From Gemmatimonadota bacterium (GTDB lineage: Bacteria > Gemmatimonadota > Gemmatimonadetes > Gemmatimonadales > GWC2-71-9), in contig JBDHAB010000004.1 in the NCBI GenBank assembly GCA_039588295.1, positions 1 through 64,000 of the forward strand: a stretch of 64,000 nucleotides of DNA, read 5' to 3'. The notes under the pieces are model-generated. The model was not told the origin of the DNA and ran no database searches. It saw only the letters and a program-made list of their open reading frames with translations. The number at the start of each line of letters is the position of its first letter. Positions within the stretch are counted from its first letter, which is position 1. This document shows positions 31,482-42,186 of the stretch, in pieces. The position numbers and the translations under genes were made by a program.

Positions 31482-32411
31482 ATGTGGGTGCGGCTGCGGT
31501 CCGCTCACTTCCTCTGGCTCCTCCTGTTCCTGCTGCTCGGTCCGCATCCGGCCGCAGCGCAGATCGCTGACAGTATTCCGCCGCTCGTCGTCCAGCTCCC
31601 AGCGTCGGTCCGAAGCATCGCCATGAACGGCGCCGGCGTGGCGCTCGTGGGCGACGCCGGCGCTGTCTTCAGCAACCCGGCCGGCATTGCGACGCTCAGC
31701 CACGTTGGGCTGGAAGCGTCCTATCGGTCCGCTCCAGGAGGCGCCTACCTCACGACCGGGGCTCTCGGGTGGCGGGTCGCCCAGTTCGACCTGGGCATTG
31801 CAGGTCGGTATTTCGATCTCGGGTCGGATCCGGCCCAGTACCTCGGTCCTGCGGTGACCGCAGGCTCCAATGTGCGGGAAGCGTTGGTGATCGGCTCCTT
31901 GGTCTACCGCTTCGGACTCCTGGCAATCGGCGTGAATGGGAAATACGCGCGCCGCTCCGCCGATTCGGTGCATGTACGCGGCCTGACCGGTGACGCGGGG
32001 ATCGCCATTGCCTTCTTTGATATCATGGCGCTGGCTTTCGCCGTGCAAAACATCGGAGGAAACTGGCGCGACGATTCCGGACTGACGCTACCGCGACGCA
32101 CGCGACTGGGATTTACCACGAACTACGTCGATCCCCAAGAGACGTTCCGTCTCTTGTCGACGGTCGAAATCGAGTGGCACGAAGGAGCGGGTGCCCGGCT
32201 GCTCCTCGGTGGCGAAGCCGGGATCGTGGTGAGCGGAGTGGGGATCATTGGACGGTTGGGTTACGGGGGGCGGCCCGTGTCGGTCGCGGGTTCTCGGCTG
32301 ACACTCGGCGGCACCGTCACGTTCGCCGCGCTCAGCTTGGATTACGCGTTCCGTGCGGATGAGTTGCTCGGCCAGTCGGCACACTACTTCGGCGCGCGGT
32401 TGACGCTCTAG
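31482..32411 (+). CDS. PorV/FadL-like outer-membrane beta-barrel
   Basis: Signal peptide; SVRSIAMNGAGVA..DAGAVFSNPAGIA; ends HYFGARLTL. Confidence 0.78.
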   Translation: MWVRLRSAHFLWLLLFLLLGPHPAAAQIADSIPPLVVQLPASVRSIAMNGAGVALVGDAGAVFSNPAGIATLSHVGLEASYRSAPGGAYLTTGALGWRVAQFDLGIAGRYFDLGSDPAQYLGPAVTAGSNVREALVIGSLVYRFGLLAIGVNGKYARRSADSVHVRGLTGDAGIAIAFFDIMALAFAVQNIGGNWRDDSGLTLPRRTRLGFTTNYVDPQETFRLLSTVEIEWHEGAGARLLLGGEAGIVVSGVGIIGRLGYGGRPVSVAGSRLTLGGTVTFAALSLDYAFRADELLGQSAHYFGARLTL

Positions 32412-32417
32412 CGAGCC

Positions 32418-33506
32418 ATGGCCAGGCGGTGGCGGCGATGGATTCTCCGTGGAACGGCCGGCGCCGTCGGCGCGGTCGTCCTCCTCCTGCTGGCCGCCGC
32501 CGCCTTCAGTACAGACGCACGCTTCCTCATGCGTGCGACCTACGAGGAGGCGAAGATCCTCCTGCGGCGCCAATCCCTTGCCCGACTCGCTGCCGATCCC
32601 GAGACTTCCGCCGAACGTCGCGAGCAGTTTCGCCTGGTGCTGGCGGCGAGAGCGTTCGCCGCCGACGCCCTCGAGCTTGCTGCGGGAGACACGTACACGA
32701 CGTTCTCGGAGGTGTCGCGCGACACGCTGCTCCTTGTTCTTACGGCCAGCAGGCAGGACACACTGGCTCCGTATACCTGGCGCTACCCCGTGGTGGGAAC
32801 CGTGCCCTACAAGGGGTTCTTCGATTTCGGGCAAGGATTCGAAGCCGCGGCGCGCCTCGAGCGCGACAGCTACGACACCTATCTCCGGCCGTCGGGCGCG
32901 TTCTCGACGCTGGGCTGGTTCAACGATCCGCTGCTCTCGACCGCCTTGAGCTCCGATCCCGTGCTCCTCGTGGCGCTGGTCGTCCACGAGATTGCCCACA
33001 ATACGCTGTACGTCGCCGACGAGACGCCGTTCAACGAGAGTTTCGCGATGTTCGTGGGTTACCGGGGTGCGGAGGCGTTCTTCAGGGGCGGCCACGACAG
33101 CGTGGGCGCGGGACGCGCGGCGGCCATATGGCGCGACCAGCTGCGACTCGCGCAGTTCTACCGTGAGCTCGCCGACGAACTGGAGCAGATCTACGCATCT
33201 GGGGCCAGTCGCGAGTTGGTCATGCAACGGCGCGGCACCGCGTTCCAGCGCGCACGCGAACAGCTGCGTGGGCCCTTGAAGGAGGAGCTGGAAGTCTATA
33301 GTGGGGCGCGGCTCGCCGAGCGACCGCTCAACAATGCCAGCGTGCTGGCCGCCCAAATTTACCGGACGGATCTCGCGGCGTTCGATCGCGTGCTCGAGCG
33401 ATTCAACGGAGATCTCCGAGGTGCCGTCATCGCCATCGCGCGGGCCGTGGCCGAGCGGGGAGACGCGACTCCGCTCCAGGCTGTGCAGCGGCTGGCGGGT
33501 CCCTGA
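32418..33506 (+). CDS. Putative zinc aminopeptidase
   Basis: [35 protein letters not shown]. Confidence 0.87.
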   Translation: MARRWRRWILRGTAGAVGAVVLLLLAAAAFSTDARFLMRATYEEAKILLRRQSLARLAADPETSAERREQFRLVLAARAFAADALELAAGDTYTTFSEVSRDTLLLVLTASRQDTLAPYTWRYPVVGTVPYKGFFDFGQGFEAAARLERDSYDTYLRPSGAFSTLGWFNDPLLSTALSSDPVLLVALVVHEIAHNTLYVADETPFNESFAMFVGYRGAEAFFRGGHDSVGAGRAAAIWRDQLRLAQFYRELADELEQIYASGASRELVMQRRGTAFQRAREQLRGPLKEELEVYSGARLAERPLNNASVLAAQIYRTDLAAFDRVLERFNGDLRGAVIAIARAVAERGDATPLQAVQRLAGP

Positions 33507-33510
33507 GCGC

Positions 33511-34746
33511 TCAGTACCCTCGGAGGCGTTCGGCCTCGGCCACCCGCGCCAGCGCAATCATATAGGCGGCCGTTCGCCACGTGACCTGCCGCTCCTTCAC
33601 CAAGTCCCGCACACCGCGGTAGGCATGGGTCATTCGCGCGAACAGCTCTCGATTGACCTGCTCGAGCGACCACGGGTGCTGTTGGAGATTCTGCACCCAT
33701 TCGAAGTAACTGACGACCACCCCGCCGGCGTTCGCGAGAAAATCCGGAAGGACCGGGATGCCGCGTTCCTCGAGAATTCGGTCGCCAATGGTTGTGACGG
33801 GTGTGTTGGCCGCCTCGACTACGACCTTGCACTGAACGGTGGAGGCGCTGGTCTCTTTGCTGATCACCCCCCCCAAGGCAGCGGGTACCATCCAATCGCA
33901 GGGGATTTCAAAGAGCTGGATGTTGGTGATTGCCTCACCACCTGGGAACGCAGGCACGGGCTTCCGATCGACGTACGCGTGTCGGAACAGGGCGGGGATG
34001 TCGAGTCCCTTCGGGTTGTGGAGACCACCGTCCACGTCGCTGACGGCGAGGATCTTCGCGCCCTCCTTGTGGAGGAGCAGCGCGAGGTTGGCGCCCACGT
34101 TTCCAAAGCCTTGAATGATGACCGTCCCACCCTCGATTGGAACGTCGAAGTCCTTCGCGTAGTGCTGCATCACATACAGCACTCCTTGCCCTGTCGCCTC
34201 CTCCCGGCCCAGGGACCCTCCAAGCGACACGGGCTTGCCGGTGACCACGGCTGGGGTATACCCGGTCCGCTTGGAGTACTCATCCATGAGCCATGCCATG
34301 ACTTGGGCGTTCGTTCCCATGTCTGGCGCGGGGATGTCTCGGTACGGTCCCAGCACGATGGCGATGCGGCTGGTGAAAGAGCGCGTCACCGCCTCGTATT
34401 CGCGGATGGACAGCTGACGCTGGTCGATCTGCACTCCCCCCTTGGCACCGCCGAAGGGAACGTCCAGTAAAGCCGTCTTCCACGTCATGGTCGTGGCTAG
34501 CCCCAACACTTCCTGTTCGTCTGCCTCCGGGTGGTATCGAATCCCGCCTTTGCACGGGCCACGAGCCCCGCTGTGTTGAACGCGGTAGCCGCGCACGACC
34601 TCAATGCTTCCATCATCCCTCCGGAAGGGCACCTCGACGCTCACGGAGCGGAACGGCATGATGAGCGCGCGTCGCATATAGTCTTCGAGCCCAATCAGAT
34701 CGGCAGCCTGATCGAACTGGTTCTTGACGATGGCGCGGAGGCGCAT
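33511..34746 (-). CDS. gdhA: Glu/Leu/Phe/Val dehydrogenase (glutamate dehydrogenase)
   Basis: GPCKGGIRYHP; PFGGAKGG; DIPAPDMGT; QGFGNVG. The start may lie ~30 nt upstream. Confidence 0.93.
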   Translation of the reverse strand: MRLRAIVKNQFDQAADLIGLEDYMRRALIMPFRSVSVEVPFRRDDGSIEVVRGYRVQHSGARGPCKGGIRYHPEADEQEVLGLATTMTWKTALLDVPFGGAKGGVQIDQRQLSIREYEAVTRSFTSRIAIVLGPYRDIPAPDMGTNAQVMAWLMDEYSKRTGYTPAVVTGKPVSLGGSLGREEATGQGVLYVMQHYAKDFDVPIEGGTVIIQGFGNVGANLALLLHKEGAKILAVSDVDGGLHNPKGLDIPALFRHAYVDRKPVPAFPGGEAITNIQLFEIPCDWMVPAALGGVISKETSASTVQCKVVVEAANTPVTTIGDRILEERGIPVLPDFLANAGGVVVSYFEWVQNLQQHPWSLEQVNRELFARMTHAYRGVRDLVKERQVTWRTAAYMIALARVAEAERLRGY

Positions 34747-34968
34747 GGAGGAACGTTCGACGGAGGACGTGGTCACGACGTGATCCCGGTGCGAGACAGG
34801 GTGAATTTGCCGCAATGTGCCCTGGCGGCAAGGGGTCGTATATTTCGACGGTCGCAGCTTGGGTGGGGAAGGGACTGCCCGCCACGTTGTTCCACGCAGC
34901 CTCGAGCCGCGCACGATTCCGAGCGAGGCCGACGAGATCATCAACACTCCGCGTTGAGAGACCACACC

Positions 34969-36336
34969 ATGCCGAACCTAGCGTCATACGTCGCGACCCA
35001 TCGCGATCGCATGCTCGGGGAGCTGAACGAACTGCTCCGCATCCCCAGCGTGTCGACCGCCTCGGAACATGCCGGGGACTGTCGCCGAGCCGCCGACTGG
35101 GTTGCAGACCACTTGCGAGCGCTCGGGTGCCCGAAGGTCGAGCTGCTCGCGAGCGATACCCACCCTGTCGTGCTGGCTGAGGGACCCACGGTCCCCGGGA
35201 AACCGACGATTCTCGTCTACGGACACTACGACGTCCAACCCGCGGAGCCGCTCGATCTATGGGACTCACCGCCCTACGAGCCGACGGTTCGTGACGGCAA
35301 CCTGTACGCCCGTGGTGCGACCGACGACAAGGGGCAGTTCTTCTCGATCGTCAAGGCGTTCGAGGCGGTCAGCCGGGGCGGAGCCCCGCCGGTCAATGTG
35401 CGGTTTCTCATCGAGGGCCAGGAGGAGACAGGCAGCGGAATCCTCTTCGATCTCCTGGAGCGCCGGCCTGAGCTCGTTCGCGCCGATGCCGCGCTCGTTG
35501 CGGACACGCAGTACTACGCACCCGGCTGGCCGGCGATTGAAGTCGGGCTCCGGGGCATCTGCTACGGGGAAATCACCGTTCGCACCTTGAAGGGCGATCT
35601 CCACTCCGGACTGTACGGCGGCGCGGCCCCAAACGCGCACGAGGCCCTCGTTCAGATCCTGGCAAAGCTCAAGTCACCGAGCGGCCGGATCCGCATCCCC
35701 GGCCTGTACGAGAAGGTCGCCCGGCCGAGCAAAGAGGAGCGGGACGCGTGGGCGAGACTCCCGTTCAGCGAGCGGACATTCATGAGGGAGGAAGTCGGCT
35801 CCAAGGCGCTGACCGGTCTCACTCGGTACACGGTGTTCGAACGACTGTGGGGACTTCCGACGTTCGAGATCCACGGCATTGCCGGGGGCTTCACCGCTCC
35901 GGGTGCCAAGACGGTGATCCCTGCGGTGGCGACGGCCAAGGTGAGCCTCCGTCTCGTTCCCAATCAGCGGGTGAAGCAGGTCGAGCGTCAGCTGGTGCGG
36001 GCGGTCAAGCAGGTGGCGCCGAAGTATGCCGACGTTTCCGTGTCGTTCATCCACGGCGCGGATCCCGTTCTCGTCGACATCGATCATCCGTCATTCGAGC
36101 TGATCGACAAGGCATTCCGAGAGGTCGAGGGTCGCGGCGTTGTTCTCACCCGTTCGGGCGGCTCCATTCCGGTGGTCCAGGCGTTGGCCAAGGAGCGAGC
36201 CGCAGTCATGCTGGTGGGCATCGGCCTGCCCGACGACCGACTGCACGCGCCCAACGAGAAGCTTGGTGTCGAGCAGTTTTTCAAGGGTGCGCATGTGTTT
36301 GGCCGGTTCTTCCAGTTGATGGGTGAGCAGGGATAA
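34969..36336 (+). CDS. M20-family dipeptidase
   Basis: YGHYDVQP; ARGATDDKGQ; EGQEETGS; DLHSG; HAPNEK. Confidence 0.95.
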   Translation: MPNLASYVATHRDRMLGELNELLRIPSVSTASEHAGDCRRAADWVADHLRALGCPKVELLASDTHPVVLAEGPTVPGKPTILVYGHYDVQPAEPLDLWDSPPYEPTVRDGNLYARGATDDKGQFFSIVKAFEAVSRGGAPPVNVRFLIEGQEETGSGILFDLLERRPELVRADAALVADTQYYAPGWPAIEVGLRGICYGEITVRTLKGDLHSGLYGGAAPNAHEALVQILAKLKSPSGRIRIPGLYEKVARPSKEERDAWARLPFSERTFMREEVGSKALTGLTRYTVFERLWGLPTFEIHGIAGGFTAPGAKTVIPAVATAKVSLRLVPNQRVKQVERQLVRAVKQVAPKYADVSVSFIHGADPVLVDIDHPSFELIDKAFREVEGRGVVLTRSGGSIPVVQALAKERAAVMLVGIGLPDDRLHAPNEKLGVEQFFKGAHVFGRFFQLMGEQG

Positions 36337-36398
36337 GGAAGGGAGGAGGGGCAAGGGGAGGAGGGCAGTCGTCCCGTTCCCTTCCTCCGGCTTGCTTG

Positions 36399-37097
36399 TC
36401 ATTGCGCGCCGCTGGCCATCAGTTCCTCGTGCGTCATCATCTGAGGCTGTTGGGCGAACGTATCTGCAAACCCCAGCACGACGGCGTCCAGCGTTCGCGC
36501 CCATAGGTCGCGCGGGGTACGCCCACCCAGTTCGCGCGCGACGCTCGTCATCTCCACTTGCGCAATGCCACACGGCACGATGAGGTCGAAGAAGCTGAGA
36601 TCCGTGGTGACATTGAGGGCAAAGCCGTGCCAGGTGACCCACTGCTTCACATGGATACCGATACTCGCGATCTTGCGGCCACCGGTCCACACGCCCGTGT
36701 AGTCCTCGTTCCGCTCTCCTGGAACGCCGAGTTGCTCCAGCGCGGCGATCAGCGAGCCCTCGATTTGTCGGAGGAACCAATGGAGGTCCTTGCGATGCTC
36801 GGACAAGTCGAAGACCGGGTATCCCACGAGCTGGCCCGGTCCATGGAACGTGACATCGCCGCCCCGTTCGACCTCATGAATCTCAATCCCCCGGGCGCGG
36901 AGTCCGTCTGGAGGCGTGGAGAGATGTTCTGCCTGGAAGGACCGTCCGAGGGTCACGACGGGTGGGTGCTCGACCAGCAACAACACGTCGTGTGTCACGC
37001 CGCGGTCGATGCGGGCCTGGGCCGCGGCGCGCTGCAGCTGCAGTGCTTCCTCGTACCCCATGCGGTCGAGTCCCACGACGGCGAGCTGCTCACTCAT
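36399..37097 (-). CDS. lipB: Lipoyl(octanoyl) transferase
   Basis: EHPPVVTLG; RGGDVTFHGPGQLVGYP; KIASIG; HGFALNV; IVPCG. Confidence 0.97.
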   Translation of the reverse strand: MSEQLAVVGLDRMGYEEALQLQRAAAQARIDRGVTHDVLLLVEHPPVVTLGRSFQAEHLSTPPDGLRARGIEIHEVERGGDVTFHGPGQLVGYPVFDLSEHRKDLHWFLRQIEGSLIAALEQLGVPGERNEDYTGVWTGGRKIASIGIHVKQWVTWHGFALNVTTDLSFFDLIVPCGIAQVEMTSVARELGGRTPRDLWARTLDAVVLGFADTFAQQPQMMTHEELMASGAQ

Positions 37098-37498
37098 CGG
37101 GCGGCGGCACGCATGGCGGCGAGATGCGTGAGGACGGCGGCAGCGAGGAGCACCGTGAGGTAGAGCCCGAGCCCGAGCCGCCCGGCGACGAGATCGGCCG
37201 GCGTGGCGATGAGGGCGAGCAATGCGGCACCGAACACGGACACGGCGGCGGCGACCCCCCGCCGCCAGCGGTCGTCGATGACTCGTGTCCGCCACCAAGC
37301 GGAGGCGACTGCCGCCACGATACCGAGGAAGAGGCTCACGCCAATGACCGTGGCGCCCGCGCTGGCCGCCACGGCCGCCGGATCGCCAGCTTGGGCGATC
37401 CGCAGCACGAAGACTCCCGCCGTCATCACTGCCGCGCCGCTCGTCGCGCCTGCGCCGATGCTCGCGACGGCGGTCCCTACCGGATCGGAAGTGGTCAC
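37094..37498 (-). CDS. Hypothetical 4-TM membrane protein
   Basis: Hydrophobic ORF that fills the gap between lpdA and lipB. Confidence 0.7.
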   Translation of the reverse strand: MTTSDPVGTAVASIGAGATSGAAVMTAGVFVLRIAQAGDPAAVAASAGATVIGVSLFLGIVAAVASAWWRTRVIDDRWRRGVAAAVSVFGAALLALIATPADLVAGRLGLGLYLTVLLAAAVLTHLAAMRAAAR

Positions 37499-37502
37499 AT
37501 CA

Positions 37503-38897
37503 CTACATGTGCAGTGCGCGACCCAGCGAATCGAGGGCCGCCTCTGCGACCGCCTCCGAGAGGGTAGGGTGTGCGTGAACCGCCAGATCCACCTCCTCGA
37601 CGGTGTATTCGTTCTCCCGCGCGACGGTGAGCTCGTGAATCATCTCGCTGGCGTGGGACGCTACGACATGGGCACCGAGGATCTCTCCGTACCGCGCGTC
37701 CCGGATGATCTTGACGAAGCCGTCTGTCTCCATGCTCGCTCGGGCGCGGCCGTTTGCCGAGAGAGGAAAGCGGCCGACGATATAGTCGAGCTTCTGCTCT
37801 TTGCACTGTGTCTCGTTGAGACCGATGCTTGCCACCTCTGGATGGCAATAGGTCACGGAGGGGATGTTGTCATACCGAATCGGGTGCGGCTTCTTGCCCG
37901 CGACCAGTTCGGCCACAAAGGTGCCTTCGCGGCTCCCCTTGTGTGCCAGCATGGGTGGTCCCGCAATGTCCCCAATGGCGTAGATGTCTTTGGCACTCGT
38001 CTGGAGATCTTCGTCGACGGTGATGAAGCCTTGGTCATTGAGCGTGACGCCGACGTCCTCGAATCCGTTTCCCTCCGTGTTGAGTGCCCGCCCCGCCGCC
38101 ATCAACACCTTGTCGACGACGATCTGCGTGCCCGAGCCGCCGACCTCCACCTCGAGCGTCACGTTCGAGGCCATGATCTTTGCTCCGGTCACCTTTGCGC
38201 CGGCGAGGACGTCGATCTTGCGTTTCTTGAAGCTCCTCCCGAGCACCTCGGCCGACTCGTGGTCTTCCAGCGGGAGAATCTGGGGTAACATCTCGATCAA
38301 CGTCACATTCGATCCGAAGGCATTGAAGATATCGGCGAACTCACAACCGACGGCCCCCGCTCCAACGATGGCGATGCCCTGCGGTGCCTCCTCGAGGAAC
38401 AGCGCCTCGTCGGTGGAGATGACCGACCGTTTGTCGAGTTCGAGCCCGATCTGCGGTAAGCCCTTGACCCGGGTACCGGTGGCGATGACGATTGCCTTCG
38501 TTGCGGTGTAGGTGTCGTCACCGACAGCCACCGTCTTTCCGGGCCGCAGCGTGCCGCTGCCCCTGATGACGGTCACGTTGTTCTTCTTCATCAGGAACTC
38601 GACACCCTTCGAGTTCTGGTCGCTGACCCTACGGGAGTGCTTTACCGCGGCACCCAGATCGAAGGAGGCCTCGAAGACGTTGACGCCGAGGTTCTTGGCG
38701 TCGTGTCGGACGAGGTTGGCGACGTAGGCGCTATGCAGCAACGCCTTGCTCGGGATGCAGCCCACGTTGACGCAGACCCCTCCCATCTTCTCGCGCTCCA
38801 CGACCGCGGCCTTGAGGCCCATTTGTGCGGCTCGGATCGCACACACGTATCCTGCGGGACCGCCGCCGAGGATGATGAGGTCGAATGTCTTGGACAT
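37503..38897 (-). CDS. lpdA: Dihydrolipoyl dehydrogenase (E3)
   Basis: GGGPAG; GGVCVNVGCIPSKAL; HAHPTLSEA. Confidence 0.98.
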   Translation of the reverse strand: MSKTFDLIILGGGPAGYVCAIRAAQMGLKAAVVEREKMGGVCVNVGCIPSKALLHSAYVANLVRHDAKNLGVNVFEASFDLGAAVKHSRRVSDQNSKGVEFLMKKNNVTVIRGSGTLRPGKTVAVGDDTYTATKAIVIATGTRVKGLPQIGLELDKRSVISTDEALFLEEAPQGIAIVGAGAVGCEFADIFNAFGSNVTLIEMLPQILPLEDHESAEVLGRSFKKRKIDVLAGAKVTGAKIMASNVTLEVEVGGSGTQIVVDKVLMAAGRALNTEGNGFEDVGVTLNDQGFITVDEDLQTSAKDIYAIGDIAGPPMLAHKGSREGTFVAELVAGKKPHPIRYDNIPSVTYCHPEVASIGLNETQCKEQKLDYIVGRFPLSANGRARASMETDGFVKIIRDARYGEILGAHVVASHASEMIHELTVARENEYTVEEVDLAVHAHPTLSEAVAEAALDSLGRALHM

Positions 38898-38971
38898 GGC
38901 TGTTGGGTTCCCCGTCTTTCGTCCGCAATGCCGTCACCCTGCCTGCCGGCAGGAGACCAAATGAGACTACG

Positions 38972-40168
38972 TCACCACACCATCGCCAACGGATTCTCGA
39001 GCATCCGTCGGACGGTCTGGAGAAAACGCGCGCCCGTCGCACCATCGATGACACGGTGGTCGCAACTCATCGTCAGGCGCATGCGCCTGCGCACCTGTAC
39101 GTTGCCGTCAACGACGGCGGGCTTCTCGGTGATACTCCCGACCGCAATGATGCCGGCCTCCGGCGGGTTGATCACGGCCGTGAACTCGTCGATGTCGAAC
39201 ATCCCGAGGTTGGATACCGAAAACGTCCCCCCGGTGTATTCGTCGGGCTGGAGCTTGCGCTCGCGTGCGCGCTCCGCGAGTTGGCGCGATTCGGCGGCGA
39301 TCTCCCGCAGCGACTTGAGATGTGCATGGCGGATGACCGGCGTGATGAGGCCGTCCTCCACGGCGACCGCCATGGAGAGATGCACGTCGTCGAAGTACCG
39401 AATGTGTCCTTCCTGCCACCACGCGTTGCACGCACGATGCTGTCGCAACGCCGTGGCAATTGCCTTGAGGATGATGTCGTTGTACGAGATCTTGGAGCGG
39501 CTCTCGAGGGCATTGAGCGCGGCGCGCGCATCGGCGGCGCGCTCCATATCTACCTCAATGGTGAGGAAGAAGTGTGGCACTGGCCCCAGAGACTGGGCCA
39601 ACCGTCGGGCGATGGTCTTGCGGATCTGCGACAGCTCGACGTCCTCGTACCCGTCGTCCGGTGCCGCGGGCGCCGCCGGTACACGATCGCCGGCCAGCTC
39701 CACGTCGCGCTTGGTGATCCTGCCCCCAGGACCCGACCCCGCGATATGCGCGAGATCCAGTCCCCGGTCGCCGGCGAGACGGCGGGCCAGGGGCGAGGCC
39801 TTGATACGGCCCGACGCGGTTGCCGGTGTGCTCGTCGGTGTCGGCACCGGGGTCGGCGTCGGGGCGTCGGGAGACGGAGGCTCGGCCGGCTTGGCCTCCG
39901 TGTCAGCCACGAGTACCGAGATGTCCTCATCCGGATCGGCGATCACGGCAACGAGACTTCCGACGGGAACCGTTGCGCCGTCCGGCGCGAGGATCTTCCG
40001 CAGCACTCCCGCGCCACGCGCCTGAAGCTCCATCACGGCTTTGTCGGTCTCGACCTCGGCGAGGATGTCGCCATCGGTGACGGCGTCCCCTTCGGCCTTG
40101 TGCCATGTGAGTACCTTGCCCTCCTCCATCGTGGGGGAGAGGGCTTCCATGAAGACTCTCGTCGCCAT
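38972..40168 (-). CDS. pdhC: Pyruvate dehydrogenase E2
   Basis: Lipoyl domain ETDKA; ASPLARRLA..GSGPGGRI; DHRVIDG. Confidence 0.95.
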   Translation of the reverse strand: MATRVFMEALSPTMEEGKVLTWHKAEGDAVTDGDILAEVETDKAVMELQARGAGVLRKILAPDGATVPVGSLVAVIADPDEDISVLVADTEAKPAEPPSPDAPTPTPVPTPTSTPATASGRIKASPLARRLAGDRGLDLAHIAGSGPGGRITKRDVELAGDRVPAAPAAPDDGYEDVELSQIRKTIARRLAQSLGPVPHFFLTIEVDMERAADARAALNALESRSKISYNDIILKAIATALRQHRACNAWWQEGHIRYFDDVHLSMAVAVEDGLITPVIRHAHLKSLREIAAESRQLAERARERKLQPDEYTGGTFSVSNLGMFDIDEFTAVINPPEAGIIAVGSITEKPAVVDGNVQVRRRMRLTMSCDHRVIDGATGARFLQTVRRMLENPLAMVW

Positions 40169-40186
40169 CTGCGGTCCCGGGTTCGG

Positions 40187-41170
40187 TCAGTCGAGGTAGG
40201 TGACGCGCTTCACTGCCGCGATCACCTTGTCAGGATCGGGCTTTGCGGCTCGCTCGAGCTGCTTGTTGTACGGCATCGGGACATCGGCCCCGGTCACTCG
40301 GATCACTGGCGCGTCGAGATCGTCGAAGGCCTCCCGTTGGACCTCGTCCACGACCTGGGCGCCAACGCCACAGAACGGCCAACCTTCCTCGACCACCACG
40401 CAGCGATTCGTCTTGCGAACGCTGCTCGCGATCGCCGCCGTGTCGAGTGGGCGTATGGTGCGAAGGTCAACGACCTCGGCCGAGACACCCAACTCCTCGG
40501 CGAGGCGCGTGGCGGCCTTCAACGCGACGGCCACCGTCTTTGAGTGACAGATGATGGTGACGTCCCCGCCTTCACGCTTCACGTCCGCTGCCCCAAGGGG
40601 GATGGTGTACTCCTCGTCGGGAACATCTCCCTTTGCGTTGTAAAGCATCTCTCCTTCGAGGAAGACGACGGGGTTGTCGTCCCGAATCGCCGTCTTGAGG
40701 AGCCCTTTGGCGTCGTGCGGCGTGGCGGGGGCAACGACCTTGAGGCCGGGGATGTGTGCATACCAGGACTCGAACGCCTGCGAGTGCTGGGCAGCCAGCT
40801 GGAGAGCCGCGCCGCCGGGTCCGCGGAACACGACGGGAATCGGGATCTGCCCGCCGGACATGTAGAGCATCTTCGCCGCGGAGTTGACGAGCTGATCGAT
40901 CGCGAGCAGCGCGAAGTTCCACGTCATGAACTCGATGACCGGACGGAGCCCCACCATTGCCGCCCCAACGCCGACCCCTGCGAACCCGAGTTCCGCGATC
41001 GGCGTGTCGACCACGCGCAGCGGCCCGAACGCCTCGAGCAAGCCGCGGCTAACCTTGTAGGCGCCCTGGTACACCCCCACTTCCTCTCCCATGAGGAACA
41101 CACTGGGGTCGCGCTCCATCTCTTCACGGAGTGCCTGATTCAGCGCGTCACGATAGGTGAGCGTAGGCAT
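40187..41170 (-). CDS. pdhB: Pyruvate dehydrogenase E1 beta
   Basis: GEEVGVYQGAYKVS; DTPIAE; AAQHSQ. Confidence 0.96.
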   Translation of the reverse strand: MPTLTYRDALNQALREEMERDPSVFLMGEEVGVYQGAYKVSRGLLEAFGPLRVVDTPIAELGFAGVGVGAAMVGLRPVIEFMTWNFALLAIDQLVNSAAKMLYMSGGQIPIPVVFRGPGGAALQLAAQHSQAFESWYAHIPGLKVVAPATPHDAKGLLKTAIRDDNPVVFLEGEMLYNAKGDVPDEEYTIPLGAADVKREGGDVTIICHSKTVAVALKAATRLAEELGVSAEVVDLRTIRPLDTAAIASSVRKTNRCVVVEEGWPFCGVGAQVVDEVQREAFDDLDAPVIRVTGADVPMPYNKQLERAAKPDPDKVIAAVKRVTYLD

Positions 41171-41171
41171 C

Positions 41172-42170
41172 CTACTCGCGATACACGTCGGTGAATAGCG
41201 CTTCGGGCGCCGGTTCCGGGCTTTGCTCAGCGAATGCCATCGCCGCGTCGATCTCCTCCTCCACCGCCTGCTTCATGACCCGCAGCGCACCGTCATCGAG
41301 CAGGTTCCCCTCCGCCATGCGCACCTGCAGGTCCAGGATCGGGTCCTTCTGCTTTTGCTCCTCGAGCTCTTCCTTGGTGCGGTAATGACCGTGGATGGGG
41401 TCGGCCATCGAATGCCCCATGTAGCGATACGTCCGCGCCTCGATGAGCGTCGGCAGCCGCTCGACACGTGCGCGCTCCACGGCGCGTGTCGTCGCTTCGT
41501 GCACCGCGAGCACGTCCATGCCGTCCACCGTCTCTTCCGCCATGTCGTACGAGCACGCGCGACGGTAGACGTCGTAGACCGCAGCAGCGCGCTCCAGCGC
41601 GGTTCCCATACCGTACCGGTTGTTCTCGCACAGGAACACCACGGGAAGTCCCCACAGGGCTGCCATATTGAGCGTTTCGTGAAACGCCCCAATGTTGACG
41701 GCGGCCTCACCGAAGAAGCAGATGACCACCTGATCGGTGTCGCGGTACTTGATGGCGAATCCCGCACCGGCCGCCAGCGGCAAGTGCGATCCCACGATGC
41801 CATGTCCGCCCAGGAAGTTGTGCCCGACGTCGAACAGATGCATCGAGCCGCCCTTTCCGCCGGAGCACCCGCCCGCGCGGCCGAACAATTCGGCCATGAC
41901 CGTGGAGACGCTCGTGCCCTGCACGATCGCGTGGGCGTGTTCGCGATAGCTCGCGAAGACATAGTCGTCCTTGCGGAGCGCCGTGAGGGCGCCGACCGCA
42001 ACAGCCTCCTGACCGATGTAGAGATGACAGAAGCCGCCGATTCTCCCTTGAGCGTAGGCCTCACCCGCCCGCTCTTCGAAGCGGCGGACCAGCAGCATCT
42101 GCCTCAGGAGGTGGCGGTAGAACTCCGCGCGATCCGGGTCGAGCTGCGACACGAATGCCGGTTGGGCCAC
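41172..42170 (-). CDS. pdhA: Pyruvate dehydrogenase E1 alpha
   Basis: GGFCHLYIGQEA; GKGGSMH; YRYMGHSMADP; RBS GGAG before GTG at 42170. Confidence 0.96.
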   Translation of the reverse strand: MAQPAFVSQLDPDRAEFYRHLLRQMLLVRRFEERAGEAYAQGRIGGFCHLYIGQEAVAVGALTALRKDDYVFASYREHAHAIVQGTSVSTVMAELFGRAGGCSGGKGGSMHLFDVGHNFLGGHGIVGSHLPLAAGAGFAIKYRDTDQVVICFFGEAAVNIGAFHETLNMAALWGLPVVFLCENNRYGMGTALERAAAVYDVYRRACSYDMAEETVDGMDVLAVHEATTRAVERARVERLPTLIEARTYRYMGHSMADPIHGHYRTKEELEEQKQKDPILDLQVRMAEGNLLDDGALRVMKQAVEEEIDAAMAFAEQSPEPAPEALFTDVYRE

Positions 42171-42186
42171 GCTGGCGTCTCCGTTG

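Noticed and set aside
34531..34968. Overlapping 5' extensions of gdhA and the M20 peptidase
   Set aside because: Family similarity begins only near 34746 and 34969; the region between is a divergent intergenic space.
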